From Spirochaetia bacterium (GTDB taxonomy: Bacteria; Spirochaetota; Spirochaetia; Treponematales; UBA12059), in contig JAVEXO010000002.1 in the NCBI GenBank assembly GCA_034003955.1, forward strand, positions 44,060-108,059: a stretch of DNA of 64,000 nt, written 5' to 3'. Each line of letters begins with the position of its first letter. Positions within the stretch are counted from its first letter, which is position 1. The notes under the pieces are model-generated. The model had not been told where the DNA came from and made no database searches. It saw nothing but the letters and a program-made list of their open reading frames with translations. The translations under genes and the position numbers were made by a program. Positions 18,061-27,640 of the stretch are shown here, piece by piece.

Positions 18061-19323
18061 ATGTATTATGCCTGCATGAAAATTGGTATTGGTTTCGTAA
18101 CAGGCAGAAAAGGCTTTAAACATCTCTTCAGAACCTACGTAAACAGCTGGAGCGAACATGGCTTCATAGAAGATAGAGACATGGCTATCAAGTTGTTCGT
18201 AGCCTATGATCTGTCATACTTTGGAACAAAGGCCAGTGACTACACGAGGGTCGATAGAGAGCTATCTGGCAAGCTCGACGGCTTGTCGTATTTTGGTACG
18301 ACGCGTATAGCGGCTGAACGTCAGACACTCGTCAGAGAAGGTGTGCTCGACTCAGCAGAAACGATGCTCCTGTTTGGAGAAGGCTACGGCAAGAAGCGCA
18401 ACGCCGTGGTCTGGTTTGCGTTACGAGCCGGCATGGACAGGCTTCTCTTCATAGATGACGATGAGTACCCCATTGCCGTCCAGCGCGGAGACCCGGTGCA
18501 TTGGCGCGGTCAATCTGTCCTCGGTGCCCACCTCTTTGCCTCACAAGACGCAGACATTACCCACGGCCGACATTGCGGATACATTTCTCCAATACCCAAG
18601 GTACACTTTGATTCAAGCCTGACAGAAGACGTTTTTTCAGAACTCATAGGGGCTCTATCAAACGACATAGTCACCTGGGATACCATCAAGAAGGTAGTCA
18701 TAGGTGACGGAGGCGTGACCTATGCCGACCCCAGAATAGTCGACGGCATAGCACCAGAAGAGGTGCAGTCTGTAAAAGGCATGAAATTCATAAGCGGTGC
18801 GAACTTGTGTATGAACCTCAATCGCGGCGGAGCAGATTCGCCATTCTTTAATCCACCCGGAGCTCGTGGAGAGGACACATTCCTGTCCACCTGTCTTGAG
18901 GATAAGCGCGTCATGCGTGTGCCCGCGTACACCTTCCATGATGCCTTCCTCAAGTACAATGCCTTGCTCCACGGAGTGTTGCCGCGGCGTCTCGACCCCG
19001 TGGATGCCCTCGATCCGGCTGTAGTCAAGCGCTTTGCAAAGGCAGCCGTCGGTTGGGTGCGGTACAAGCCTCTCCTCACCTATGTCACCGATCGTTCATC
19101 ATACGAGGCGACGATAGAGTCTATGGAGAGCACCTTTACCAGGCTCGGTCCCGGATTAGCCGGATACTTCAAGGCCGACGAGTTTAACAAGCTACTTTCA
19201 GAGCTTAAGCGCTACGCCAGGAAGGTTCCTGAACACTTCGACCTGTTTGAAAGGACGAAGGAAGCCTGGAGCAAGGCATTGCCCTGGGCTCGGGCTCATC
19301 CCGTCAAGGATGTTGTCAATTGA
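18061..19323 (+). CDS. hypothetical protein with GT-A-glycosyltransferase-like motifs
   Basis: Length is 420 aa (an alternative start MKIGIG lies at 18076). Motifs are GYGKKRN, a DxD-like LLFIDDDEYP and a later ARGEDTFLS. I cannot name a family. Confidence 0.55.
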   Translation: MYYACMKIGIGFVTGRKGFKHLFRTYVNSWSEHGFIEDRDMAIKLFVAYDLSYFGTKASDYTRVDRELSGKLDGLSYFGTTRIAAERQTLVREGVLDSAETMLLFGEGYGKKRNAVVWFALRAGMDRLLFIDDDEYPIAVQRGDPVHWRGQSVLGAHLFASQDADITHGRHCGYISPIPKVHFDSSLTEDVFSELIGALSNDIVTWDTIKKVVIGDGGVTYADPRIVDGIAPEEVQSVKGMKFISGANLCMNLNRGGADSPFFNPPGARGEDTFLSTCLEDKRVMRVPAYTFHDAFLKYNALLHGVLPRRLDPVDALDPAVVKRFAKAAVGWVRYKPLLTYVTDRSSYEATIESMESTFTRLGPGLAGYFKADEFNKLLSELKRYARKVPEHFDLFERTKEAWSKALPWARAHPVKDVVN

Positions 19324-19333
19324 GTCATAGAAC

Positions 19334-19849
19334 CTATTTGGTAAGGCCTGGAGCGTAACGCGCAAGGATTTTTTCTGCTATGAGGTAGGCTGCGGGACAA
19401 AATACCGTGTTAAACGCTAGCCTTCCAAGATCTCTCTGGATACCACGCTGGGTCATGTATGGAAAGTCATCACAATCCTTTGGTCTAAGCGTATAAATCC
19501 CGCATGTATTGTTCTCTTCAAGGAAGGGACATGGCATTGAGGCGCACATCCAGCCAAGCTCATCATGTCTCTCGAGCCTCTGTGACATGAACGCCTTTTG
19601 TTCAAAACCATAGGCCTTGCAGGCACGCTTTATTTCAGGCTCGTTCATCTTGGGTCCTATTGTCCTGCAACAATTGCCACATTTAAGACAGTCTATCTCC
19701 AAGAACGCTTCTTCACTGAAGTCGGCCACCACGTGGTCGAAATTCTTTATATGAAACTTGCCAAGATATTTCATCTGCCGCTTGATGAGCGTATTGCGTT
19801 CGCGGCTCTTCTCAAGCAAGTGCTCGTATGCTTTGTCCATGAGTGGCAT
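19334..19849 (-). CDS. YkgJ family cysteine-cluster protein
   Basis: It has the CLKCGNCC cluster plus later Cys residues (CPFL..NTCGIY), typical of UPF0153/YkgJ. Confidence 0.8.
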   Translation of the reverse strand: MPLMDKAYEHLLEKSRERNTLIKRQMKYLGKFHIKNFDHVVADFSEEAFLEIDCLKCGNCCRTIGPKMNEPEIKRACKAYGFEQKAFMSQRLERHDELGWMCASMPCPFLEENNTCGIYTLRPKDCDDFPYMTQRGIQRDLGRLAFNTVFCPAAYLIAEKILARYAPGLTK

Positions 19850-19873
19850 ACTAAACTGGAATAGCTGTTTTTC

Positions 19874-20611
19874 TCAAGCCTTTGCGGCAGCCTCTGAGCG
19901 AACCTTCTTGCGTGCCGCAATGAACGATTCAAAGCATGCAACGCTGGCGTTGATGACCTTATCGCGTGCTATGCCTGCTTTCTTTATAAGGCTCAATGCA
20001 ATTGAAACGTTACCAACATCGCTCCAGTAGTGGGCGTCGCTGGCGCATACTACAAGAGCGCCTTTTTCTGCGCAGAGTGCCGCCATACGGGAGCACGTTG
20101 CCTCGCTTCCCGTACGTATCCTAAATGAGCTGTTGTTTATTTCCAGGGCCTTGCCATAGGCACATGCAGTGTCGACTAGCTCGATGAAATCTACAGGATA
20201 AGAGGGATTACCAGGGTGAGATATGGCATCTACCATGGGGTTGGCTATTGCGGCGACCATGGCCTTGGTATTCTGTATGAGGCTACCAGGCTCCATGCAA
20301 ATATCGTGCAAGCCTGCCAGTACAAAATCAAGCCTTGCCAGGAGGTAGCCAGCCAGATCAAGCCCGCCTGAGTCATCTATGATATTAGCCTCTATGCCTG
20401 TATAGAAGCGTACACCATGTATGCGTTTAGGTAGGATGCGCAGGTTGCCAAAGTGATAGGGGTGCGTTGTTCCTGGCATGGATGGGCCGTGGTCTGTCAG
20501 TACGAAGCCTGACAAGCCGCGGCGCCTGGCTCCCTTGGCAAATTCGTCGATAGTAGAATATGCGTGGCCGGAGGCCAATGAATGGGTGTGGGTGTCTATT
20601 CGTATGTTCAT
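19874..20611 (-). CDS. PHP-domain phosphatase (YcdX-like)
   Basis: MNIRIDTHTHSLASGHAY matches the PHP N-terminal His cluster, and SDAHY occurs later. The start was trimmed to the ATG at 20611. Confidence 0.85.
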   Translation of the reverse strand: MNIRIDTHTHSLASGHAYSTIDEFAKGARRRGLSGFVLTDHGPSMPGTTHPYHFGNLRILPKRIHGVRFYTGIEANIIDDSGGLDLAGYLLARLDFVLAGLHDICMEPGSLIQNTKAMVAAIANPMVDAISHPGNPSYPVDFIELVDTACAYGKALEINNSSFRIRTGSEATCSRMAALCAEKGALVVCASDAHYWSDVGNVSIALSLIKKAGIARDKVINASVACFESFIAARKKVRSEAAAKA

Positions 20612-20686
20612 AGTGTGCCCACATGATCCACGGATCGACATGCCGTGTCTATGGCTACATTGGGATAAGCGCTGTCTATATCTCTA

Positions 20687-21931
20687 TCAACCGACTCGTA
20701 TCCATTTTATAATCTCTGTTAATGTTGCGCGCTTGCCGCCCATCAGTATGCCTACACGGAATATACGTGCTGCCGCCGAAGCCGCTCCATACACGCAGAC
20801 TATAAGCAAGCCAAGACACAGGGTTATCTGCCAGAAGGGCGGAGGTGCAATTAAGACACGAATGAGCATGACAATGGGGCTTGTCATAGGAAATAAAGAC
20901 AATGCTACAGAAAGTGGCGACGATGGATTTGACACAAAGCTAGATATCAAGACTAGCGGAACTATTAGGAAAACAAGAACTGGCCAGGCAAGCTGCCCAA
21001 GGTGTTGCTCATCCTCTGCCGCCGCTCCTAATGCCGCGTAGAGTGAAGCATATAGGAAGAATGCCAAGATGAAGAATACAACAAGCCAAACAAGATTTGC
21101 CAAGCTTATTGCCGGAGGGGGAGCTATGCCTAGCATAGGTATTACCAGTTTTGATAGCAGTAGAGCGAGGGTTACCCATACGCCATATTGCAGAAGCCCG
21201 GCGAGTCCTAAACCTAGAATTTTCCCAAACATCAACTCTCTGGGAGAAACGCTTGACAACATTATCTCAACGGTTTTGGCGGTTTTTTCGTTTACGACCG
21301 AACGTCCTATCATCTGTCCGTACAGGAGTGTCGTCATATAGACGAGCATTACAAAACTCATCGCAGTAAACAGGGTCTGCACAAAATCGCTCTCCCCGCT
21401 GGCTTTCTCCGTTTCGTTATACCCTATCTTGACTACTGAAAGACTTAGGTGTCGCGTCAGCTCACTAGCTACTGCGGGATCTATACCACTCCTTGCTATC
21501 CTCATAGCCCTCGCATGCTCGTCCAAGGCCCGTTCGACGGCGCCGTAGAGCATGGCGTCGGTGCCTGTCTTTGTGTACAAAACCGCTCCTTCGTCTTCCC
21601 AATCCGGGGGTAGCACCACCAGAGCGGCCAGCACACCGGAGTGCACCTGGCGCTTGGCTTCACTTACTGCAGTGTCACTAACCCCAACATTCTTTATGCT
21701 CCTGCCTTGAAATACCGAGGCATCTTCAATGCTTGCCTCTACCAAGCCATCTCCACCTGAAAGCGCTATGGGTTCTCCACCGGATAGCGCCTTGGGATTC
21801 AAAGCAAGCAAACCAGGCAACACCGCTATGCCCAGGATAAGAAATGGCCCTATGATGGTCAGGATAACAAAAGCCTTATTAGCTGTCATGAGCTTGAACT
21901 CGTGACGGATTATGGCTGAGAGTCTATGCAC
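20687..21931 (-). CDS. ABC-2 type permease (NatB-like)
   Basis: It has one N-terminal TM, a large extracytoplasmic domain and a C-terminal multi-TM block. Its start overlaps the stop of the upstream ATPase. Confidence 0.8.
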   Translation of the reverse strand: MHRLSAIIRHEFKLMTANKAFVILTIIGPFLILGIAVLPGLLALNPKALSGGEPIALSGGDGLVEASIEDASVFQGRSIKNVGVSDTAVSEAKRQVHSGVLAALVVLPPDWEDEGAVLYTKTGTDAMLYGAVERALDEHARAMRIARSGIDPAVASELTRHLSLSVVKIGYNETEKASGESDFVQTLFTAMSFVMLVYMTTLLYGQMIGRSVVNEKTAKTVEIMLSSVSPRELMFGKILGLGLAGLLQYGVWVTLALLLSKLVIPMLGIAPPPAISLANLVWLVVFFILAFFLYASLYAALGAAAEDEQHLGQLAWPVLVFLIVPLVLISSFVSNPSSPLSVALSLFPMTSPIVMLIRVLIAPPPFWQITLCLGLLIVCVYGAASAAARIFRVGILMGGKRATLTEIIKWIRVG

Positions 21932-22856
21932 GGTAGGCCTCCTCCAGGTTGCCAGTGAAGACAGGTTCGTTGGCCTCTACCAGGTGCACAAAAACAGCAT
22001 GCAATGAGGGCTCCATGAGCTGGTAGCGTCTGATGCGTAATCTGCCAGCAACGGCCGTCAGGAGTTCGTCAGAGATATGTCCAGGCTTAAGCTCTGCCTC
22101 TATCCAGTGCGGCAGATTACGTACAGCACCAACGCATGGCAACGACGAGATAAAGGAAGCGTCTCCGTCAAATTCTATCTGTACAGAATTGGTACCAAAA
22201 CCTGCTTTAAGTTGAGACAGTGATCCAGTAACAAGCTCTCTACCCTTTCTGACAAGGAGAATGTGATCACAGAGACGCTCGGCTTGTTCCATTACGTGTG
22301 TTGATAGGATCACCGTCTTACCTTGACGCTTAAGGTCGAGCACTACCTCGAGCAAGGTGTCCTGCGATACAGGATCAAGACCGGAAAATGGTTCATCGAA
22401 CAAAACAAGATCTGGATCATGGACTACGGATCCAATAAACTGAACCTTCTGCGCCATTCCCTTTGACAGCGTCTCAACCTTCTTGGACTTCCACTCTCCC
22501 AGTCCAAAACGATCCAGCCAGGTTTCAGCAGATACTCGGGCATCCTGTGCCTTCATTCCCTTGAGCACGGCTAGGTATACCAGCATATCCATGACCTTGA
22601 CCTTCTTGTTGAGTCCACGTTCCTCCGGTAGGTAGCCTATTCGAGACTTCATTGTCTCGGAGAAGGGCAAATCGTCAAAGCGTATAGAACCTTGGTCTGG
22701 TGCTATGACGTTCATTATCATTCGAATGGTTGTCGTTTTTCCGGAACCGTTCGGGCCTATGAGACCAAATATTTCACCAGCCTTGGCGGTGAATGATAGA
22801 CCATCAACTGCCCTAATCGTATCATATACCTTCACTACTGCGTCTACACTGAGCAC
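21924..22856 (-). CDS. ABC transporter ATP-binding protein (NatA-like)
   Basis: It has Walker A GPNGSGKTT, signature LSKGMAQK and Walker B LVLFDEPF. Confidence 0.92.
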   Translation of the reverse strand: MLSVDAVVKVYDTIRAVDGLSFTAKAGEIFGLIGPNGSGKTTTIRMIMNVIAPDQGSIRFDDLPFSETMKSRIGYLPEERGLNKKVKVMDMLVYLAVLKGMKAQDARVSAETWLDRFGLGEWKSKKVETLSKGMAQKVQFIGSVVHDPDLVLFDEPFSGLDPVSQDTLLEVVLDLKRQGKTVILSTHVMEQAERLCDHILLVRKGRELVTGSLSQLKAGFGTNSVQIEFDGDASFISSLPCVGAVRNLPHWIEAELKPGHISDELLTAVAGRLRIRRYQLMEPSLHAVFVHLVEANEPVFTGNLEEAYRA

Positions 22857-22916
22857 ATGTGTCTCCTTGCAATGCCGATAGTATCCCAGCCAGCACCAGG
22901 CGTCCAGTCAATGATC

Positions 22917-22946
22917 TTGTCGCAAAGACTAAAATAAACCTATACT
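22917..22946 (+). promoter_or_regulatory. sigma70-like promoter (TTGTCG-N18-TATACT) for the thioesterase gene
   Basis: The -35 is at 22917-22922 and the -10 at 22941-22946. The ATG at 22953 is 6 nt after the -10, and there is no SD. Confidence 0.4.
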
Positions 22947-22952
22947 GGCTTC

Positions 22953-23360
22953 ATGAGACACACTTCAGAACTCATCGTTCGCACCTACGAGTGCGATCTC
23001 AACGGACACGTCAACAATGCAAACTACCTGCACTACCTAGAATATGCCAGGCATTTATACCTTAAGGCCATAGGTTTTGATTTTAAAGGCTCAGTAGCCT
23101 TGGGATACGGGCTCTTTGTAACGCGGGTAGAGATAGACTATAAAAGGCCTGCCATGCTTGACGACACCCTTTCTATTGAGTCTCATCCTGTTAAGCGTGG
23201 TGCCGTCTCAGGAGTGATGGAACAGAACATTTGGCGTGGTTCTGAGTTGATAGCGGCAGCCAGGGTCACCTGGGCCTTTGTCGACGCAGAAGGTAAGCCA
23301 TGCCGTATACCGGCCGAGCTTGATGTGCCTGGGCTAAAGCCTGTTGTTGCCGAAGACTAG
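22953..23360 (+). CDS. acyl-CoA thioesterase, 4HBT/YbgC hot-dog family
   Basis: This 135-aa protein has VRTYECDLNGHVNNANYLHYLE, the typical YbgC-type N-terminus with a catalytic Asp. Confidence 0.85.
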   Translation: MRHTSELIVRTYECDLNGHVNNANYLHYLEYARHLYLKAIGFDFKGSVALGYGLFVTRVEIDYKRPAMLDDTLSIESHPVKRGAVSGVMEQNIWRGSELIAAARVTWAFVDAEGKPCRIPAELDVPGLKPVVAED

Positions 23361-23419
23361 AACGTGCACGCAACTATTTAGGTTTAGAAATAGCTTTTGA
23401 GAATAAGGAGCCACTGACT

Positions 23420-24439
23420 ATGACGTATCAGGATGCAAGAACAAAGGCCAAAGAAACAATAGGACCATACTGCAGGGTCTGTCCTGAGTGTAATGGTATA
23501 GCATGCAAGGGTCAGATACCAGGTCCTGGCGGCAAGGGCATGGGTCTTGGTTTCATTAGAAACTACCAGGATTTAAGGAATATCAGCCTTGTCATGGATA
23601 CCATCTATGCACCGGCGCCTGTATCTACCGAGGCCACACTCTTTGGCAAGCGCTTTGCCCTACCCGTCTTCGCCGCCCCTGTAGGCGCTGTTGGCCTCCA
23701 TTACAGCGACGCCTACACCGACACCAGCTATTCAGCCGCCGTCCTGGAGGGCTGCAAAGCCGCGGGTAGCGTCGCGTTTACAGGAGACGGTGTCAAAGAC
23801 GAGGTCTATAAGGGCACCATAGACGCCATACAGGCCATCGGAGGCCACGGCATCCCCACCATAAAGCCATGGAACGTACAGGAAGTCATTGCAAAGGCCA
23901 AGATGGCCCATGATGCTGGAGCCTTTGCGTTTGCCATGGATATAGACGCGGCTGGGCTCGCAGTCCTGGCCATGCAGGGAAAACCAGTCTCCCCCATGCC
24001 AGTCGAGGCGCTTGCCAAGATTGCCTCGGCGATTACGTTACCGTTTATAGTCAAGGGAATAATGACAGCCGCAGGAGCACGCAAGGCTATCGAGGCTGGA
24101 GCCAAGGGTATTGTCGTCTCTAATCACGGGGGGCGGGTGCTGGATGAGACACCATCGACAATATCGGTGCTATCGGACATCGTAGAGGCCGTGGCTGGGC
24201 GTGCGACTATCCTCATAGACGGTGGTTTTCGCAGTGGGCTTGATGTTTTCAAGGCTCTGGCACTGGGAGCCGATGGAGTGCTTATAGGCCGACCCTTTAC
24301 ATGGTCGGTATATGGTGGTGGTGCAGAGGGAGTTCGTCTCTATCTTGAAAAGGTCAAGGCCGAGCTTGCAGAGGCCATGTTGATGTCCGGGGCTACCAGG
24401 CTGGCAGACATAAAAAAAGCAATGGTTTCCTGCTCCTAG
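23420..24439 (+). CDS. FMN-dependent alpha-hydroxy-acid oxidising enzyme family protein
   Basis: It has a TIM-barrel FMN dehydrogenase signature (VSNHGGR, DGGFRSG..D..KALALGA) and an N-terminal CRVCPECNGIAC cluster. Confidence 0.87.
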   Translation: MTYQDARTKAKETIGPYCRVCPECNGIACKGQIPGPGGKGMGLGFIRNYQDLRNISLVMDTIYAPAPVSTEATLFGKRFALPVFAAPVGAVGLHYSDAYTDTSYSAAVLEGCKAAGSVAFTGDGVKDEVYKGTIDAIQAIGGHGIPTIKPWNVQEVIAKAKMAHDAGAFAFAMDIDAAGLAVLAMQGKPVSPMPVEALAKIASAITLPFIVKGIMTAAGARKAIEAGAKGIVVSNHGGRVLDETPSTISVLSDIVEAVAGRATILIDGGFRSGLDVFKALALGADGVLIGRPFTWSVYGGGAEGVRLYLEKVKAELAEAMLMSGATRLADIKKAMVSCS

Positions 24440-24909
24440 TCAGACAGGAAGCCTTCCTTTGTAAAATGTACAACGGCGCCCTCGTGAATAGTCTCGAATC
24501 GAGGGCTTGCACCTAACGCATCTACGGACTTAACAAGATCCTGTTTTGAAGCGAGGGTTCCCGAACGCACTTTCCCATCTTTATAGAAGGAAATAGCAGT
24601 TCCTCCCTTGAATTCCACGAGGTATGGCTCGAATGCCATGCCTTTTGTTGACTTGCTGGATAGCCACGCGGTGGCCAGTTTCTGGTCTGTAACCAGGGTG
24701 CCGGTCTTGGGTCTTCCGTCTTCGCTTGAAATTGGTACTATCCTTTCTATACCGACGCCGGAAACCGAACCAGCACTGATGGCTGAGTTCGAGATCCGAC
24801 GAACAATACGTCTACTTGAAGTCCTTTTCCTGAACAGTCTTCCGGCCATCGGACTTGGCATTCTTGATGGCCTGCTCACACAGTGAACGAACCGTGTCCG
24901 ATAGGACAT
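24436..24909 (-). CDS. hypothetical protein with internal ~45-aa repeat; start uncertain
   Basis: An internal duplication (DGRPKTGTLVTDQKL.. and DGKVRSGTLASKQDL..) supports coding. The only ATG/GTG/TTG starts upstream of the repeat (24909, 24861, 24849) all overlap the histone-fold gene. No SD was seen. Confidence 0.4.
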   Translation of the reverse strand: MSYRTRFVHCVSRPSRMPSPMAGRLFRKRTSSRRIVRRISNSAISAGSVSGVGIERIVPISSEDGRPKTGTLVTDQKLATAWLSSKSTKGMAFEPYLVEFKGGTAISFYKDGKVRSGTLASKQDLVKSVDALGASPRFETIHEGAVVHFTKEGFLSD

Positions 24910-25000
24910 CGATGACTGCAGCTGAGCATTTAAGCTCAGAGCTTTCCTTTATGAAGGCCTTTACCTTGGAAGCAATCACGAGAGTTTCTTTTTCTGCCAT
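24812..25000 (-). CDS. singlet histone-fold protein (bacterial histone-like, HBb/Bd0055-type)
   Basis: The 62-aa product is MAEKETLVIASKVKAFIKESSELKCSAAVIDVLSDTVRSLCEQAIKNAKSDGRKTVQEKDFK. DGRKTV..KDF matches the histone-fold L2/alpha3 signature (archaeal HMfB has AGRKTIKAEDI). An AAGGAG SD lies 5 nt upstream. Confidence 0.75.
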   Translation of the reverse strand: MAEKETLVIASKVKAFIKESSELKCSAAVIDVLSDTVRSLCEQAIKNAKSDGRKTVQEKDFK

Positions 25001-25109
25001 ACGTTCTCCTTACACATGAATGGAAACATGGTATGCGAAGTAAGCGCTCTTGTCGAGAGGAACCGTTATTTCGTTTGCGAATTAGGCAATTTTCAATATA
25101 CTTTGATGC

Positions 25110-26657
25110 ATGATAAGCGTATTAAACGGACAAGTTCATAGCTTGTTTCCACTAAAAATGCCATATAGAGCAATTGTAAGGCCACACATGGGTCTTCTTG
25201 TATTCATCATGGTTCTTGGAAGCGTTTTTGCAGCAGGAGCCCAGAATAGCTACGTCATACCAATCCATGGCGACATTGAGCCGTCGACGGTGGTGTTTGT
25301 ACGTAGCCAGGCTACCGAGGCTCTCCGGGCAGGAGCAGAGATACTCATCTTTGATATCGATACTTTCGGCGGCAGGGTGGATTCTGCCTTGCGCATATCA
25401 TCGTTTATTGGCTCAATAAAGGATGCGCGTACCGTTGCCTATGTGCGCTCCGGTCCTGATGGTATGGGTGTATCCTGGTCAGCAGGAGCCCTCATAGCCA
25501 TGTCCTGCTCCTCTCTATACATGTCTCCAGGCACATCCATTGGTGCGGCCGCACCCGTCATTGCCGGTTCTGAGGGATCTATGGAGTCTGCGGGAGAAAA
25601 GACAGTCAGCGCCGTGAGGGCACAGATGGCCGCACTGGCCGAGAAGAATGGATACCCCTCCTCAATAGCCTTGGGGATGGTAGATGCCGACATAGAACTG
25701 TACGAGATGCAAGAAGATGGTATAAGCCGTCTGATGACATCGGAAGAAGCCGATGTGGCTGTTAAAACAAGGCCAGATACTGTCGTCAAGATCAAGACAG
25801 TATCTGCCAAGGGCAAACTCCTCTCGCTTACGGCGGGGGATGCCATGCGATACGGGCTTTCATCGGGTACAATAGGAGATCTAGACGAGCTCGTTACCGC
25901 TCTTGGAGGAGAGGGGCCGCCAGTAGAGTTAAGACGCACGCTGGCAGATTCTATAGTCATATTGATAAGCTCTGCGGCCGTTCAATCTATACTCATCCTT
26001 CTCGGCCTGGTAGCCATATTCATTGAGATAAACACACCAGGTTTTGGCTTGCCTGGCACCGTTGCCCTGGTCGCGTTCCTGACGCTTTTTGGCACAAACG
26101 CCCTCATGGGAACGGTAGGTTCTCTGGAAATCATTCTTTTCATAGTTGGACTCGTGCTACTGAGCGTAGAGATATTCCTCTTGCCAGGGTTCGGGGTTGC
26201 AGGTATTTCTGGCATAGTCATCATTGCCGCGTCTCTGGTACTTTCAATGCAGGACTTCGTGCTACCCACGCTGGATTGGGAATGGGCCTTGCTCGGCAGG
26301 AATGTGCTAACTGTCACGGCAGGCCTTCTGTCAGCGATCGTAGCCATAGGAGTACTTGCCTTGGCAGGACCTCGTATAAAGCTGTTCGACGCCATAACGC
26401 TCAAGTCAGCAATTACGGCAACGGCATCAAGCCCTCTTGCACCAGCTTCTGACCACAGCAAGGAGGAATCTCATCCCATGATTGGCCTCTGTGGGTCGGC
26501 CCTTACGACCCTGCGTCCTTCTGGGCGCGCCAATATAGCTGGCCGCTCATATAGTGTAGAAACCGAAGGTGTGTTCATAGAGACTGGAGAATCACTCAAG
26601 GTGGTCGCCGTACAGGGCAACCGTATCATCGTAGCCAAGGAGAATTCAGCATGTTAA
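25110..26657 (+). CDS. NfeD-like membrane-bound ClpP-class serine protease
   Basis: It has an N-terminal ClpP-like domain, a central multi-TM block and a C-terminal NfeD OB-fold ([28 protein letters not shown]). An alternative start MGLLVFIMV lies at 25188. Confidence 0.85.
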   Translation: MISVLNGQVHSLFPLKMPYRAIVRPHMGLLVFIMVLGSVFAAGAQNSYVIPIHGDIEPSTVVFVRSQATEALRAGAEILIFDIDTFGGRVDSALRISSFIGSIKDARTVAYVRSGPDGMGVSWSAGALIAMSCSSLYMSPGTSIGAAAPVIAGSEGSMESAGEKTVSAVRAQMAALAEKNGYPSSIALGMVDADIELYEMQEDGISRLMTSEEADVAVKTRPDTVVKIKTVSAKGKLLSLTAGDAMRYGLSSGTIGDLDELVTALGGEGPPVELRRTLADSIVILISSAAVQSILILLGLVAIFIEINTPGFGLPGTVALVAFLTLFGTNALMGTVGSLEIILFIVGLVLLSVEIFLLPGFGVAGISGIVIIAASLVLSMQDFVLPTLDWEWALLGRNVLTVTAGLLSAIVAIGVLALAGPRIKLFDAITLKSAITATASSPLAPASDHSKEESHPMIGLCGSALTTLRPSGRANIAGRSYSVETEGVFIETGESLKVVAVQGNRIIVAKENSAC

Positions 26658-27640
26658 CAATCGCATTGTATGCCGTCATAGGACTTGTTTCTCTAGGGAT
26701 ACTTTTCCTCTTCTTTAAATTTTTCAATCTATGGTTCCGGGCTCTTCTGTCAGGGGCACCCGTTGGCATGGGGCGCCTGGTAGGCATGTGGCTCAGGCAT
26801 GTAAACGGCTCTACCATAGTAGATGCACGCATCATGCTTTCAAAGGCGGGCATACCGGTTGAGTCGGATATGCTGGAGACACACGCCTTGTCTAGAGGCA
26901 ACGTGATGCGTGTAAGCCAGGCACTGGTCGCGGCCAACAAGGCAGACATACCCCTTCCCTTTCAGCGAGCCGCAGCCATAGACCTGGCCGGCCGTGATGT
27001 ACTCGAGGCGGTAAAGACGAGCGTAAATCCCAAGGTGATAGACTGCCCCGATTCATCCAAAGGCAAGTACACCATAGATGCAGTAGCAAAGGATGGCATT
27101 CAATTGCAGGTCAAGGCGCGTGTTACCGTCAGGGCCAATATAGAGAGGCTCGTAGGCGGTGCCACAGAGGAGACTATAATAGCTCGTGTGGGTGAAGGTA
27201 TTGTCACTACCATAGGCTCTTCAGAGTCTTACAAGGCCGTGCTTGAGAATCCAGATCTCATTTCAAAGCGAGTCCTTGGCAAGGGTTTGGATGCGGGCAC
27301 CGCCTTCGAGATTCTATCAATTGACATTGCTGACATAGATGTAGGCGCCAACATAGGTGCAAAGCTCCAGGCCGATCAAGCCGAGGCAGACATGAGACGG
27401 TTCCAGGCAGAAGCAGAGAAGCGACGAGCCGCCGCACAGGCACAGGAGCAGGAGATGCTCGCGCTGGTGCAAGAAAACCGTGCAAAGGTTGTCCTGGCAG
27501 AAGCGGAGATACCGCTGGCCATTGCGAAAGCCTTCCATAATGGCCAGTTTGGTATAATGGATTACTACAAGCTCACCAATCTACAGGCTGATACACAGAT
27601 GCGAAAGAACATCGGAGGAGAAAAGCCAAACGGTGCGTAG
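26651..27640 (+). CDS. floA: flotillin-like protein FloA (UPF0365/YqfA, SPFH)
   Basis: The N-terminal segment [25 protein letters not shown] and the C-terminal Ala/Glu-rich coiled coil are typical of FloA. Its start overlaps the NfeD stop. Confidence 0.9.
   Translation: MLTIALYAVIGLVSLGILFLFFKFFNLWFRALLSGAPVGMGRLVGMWLRHVNGSTIVDARIMLSKAGIPVESDMLETHALSRGNVMRVSQALVAANKADIPLPFQRAAAIDLAGRDVLEAVKTSVNPKVIDCPDSSKGKYTIDAVAKDGIQLQVKARVTVRANIERLVGGATEETIIARVGEGIVTTIGSSESYKAVLENPDLISKRVLGKGLDAGTAFEILSIDIADIDVGANIGAKLQADQAEADMRRFQAEAEKRRAAAQAQEQEMLALVQENRAKVVLAEAEIPLAIAKAFHNGQFGIMDYYKLTNLQADTQMRKNIGGEKPNGA

Noticed and set aside
20478-21041. A 187-aa plus-strand ORF bridges the PHP phosphatase start and the NatB-like permease end.
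   Set aside because: It crosses an intergenic region antisense to two real genes. No motif or SD was found.
19334-24439. The Cys clusters in YkgJ (CLKCGNCC) and the FMN dehydrogenase (CRVCPECNGIAC) were considered as the missing GRE activase.
   Set aside because: The spacing is CxxCxxC(C), not the radical-SAM CxxxCxxC. The sizes and remaining sequence fit YkgJ and FMN-dehydrogenase families.
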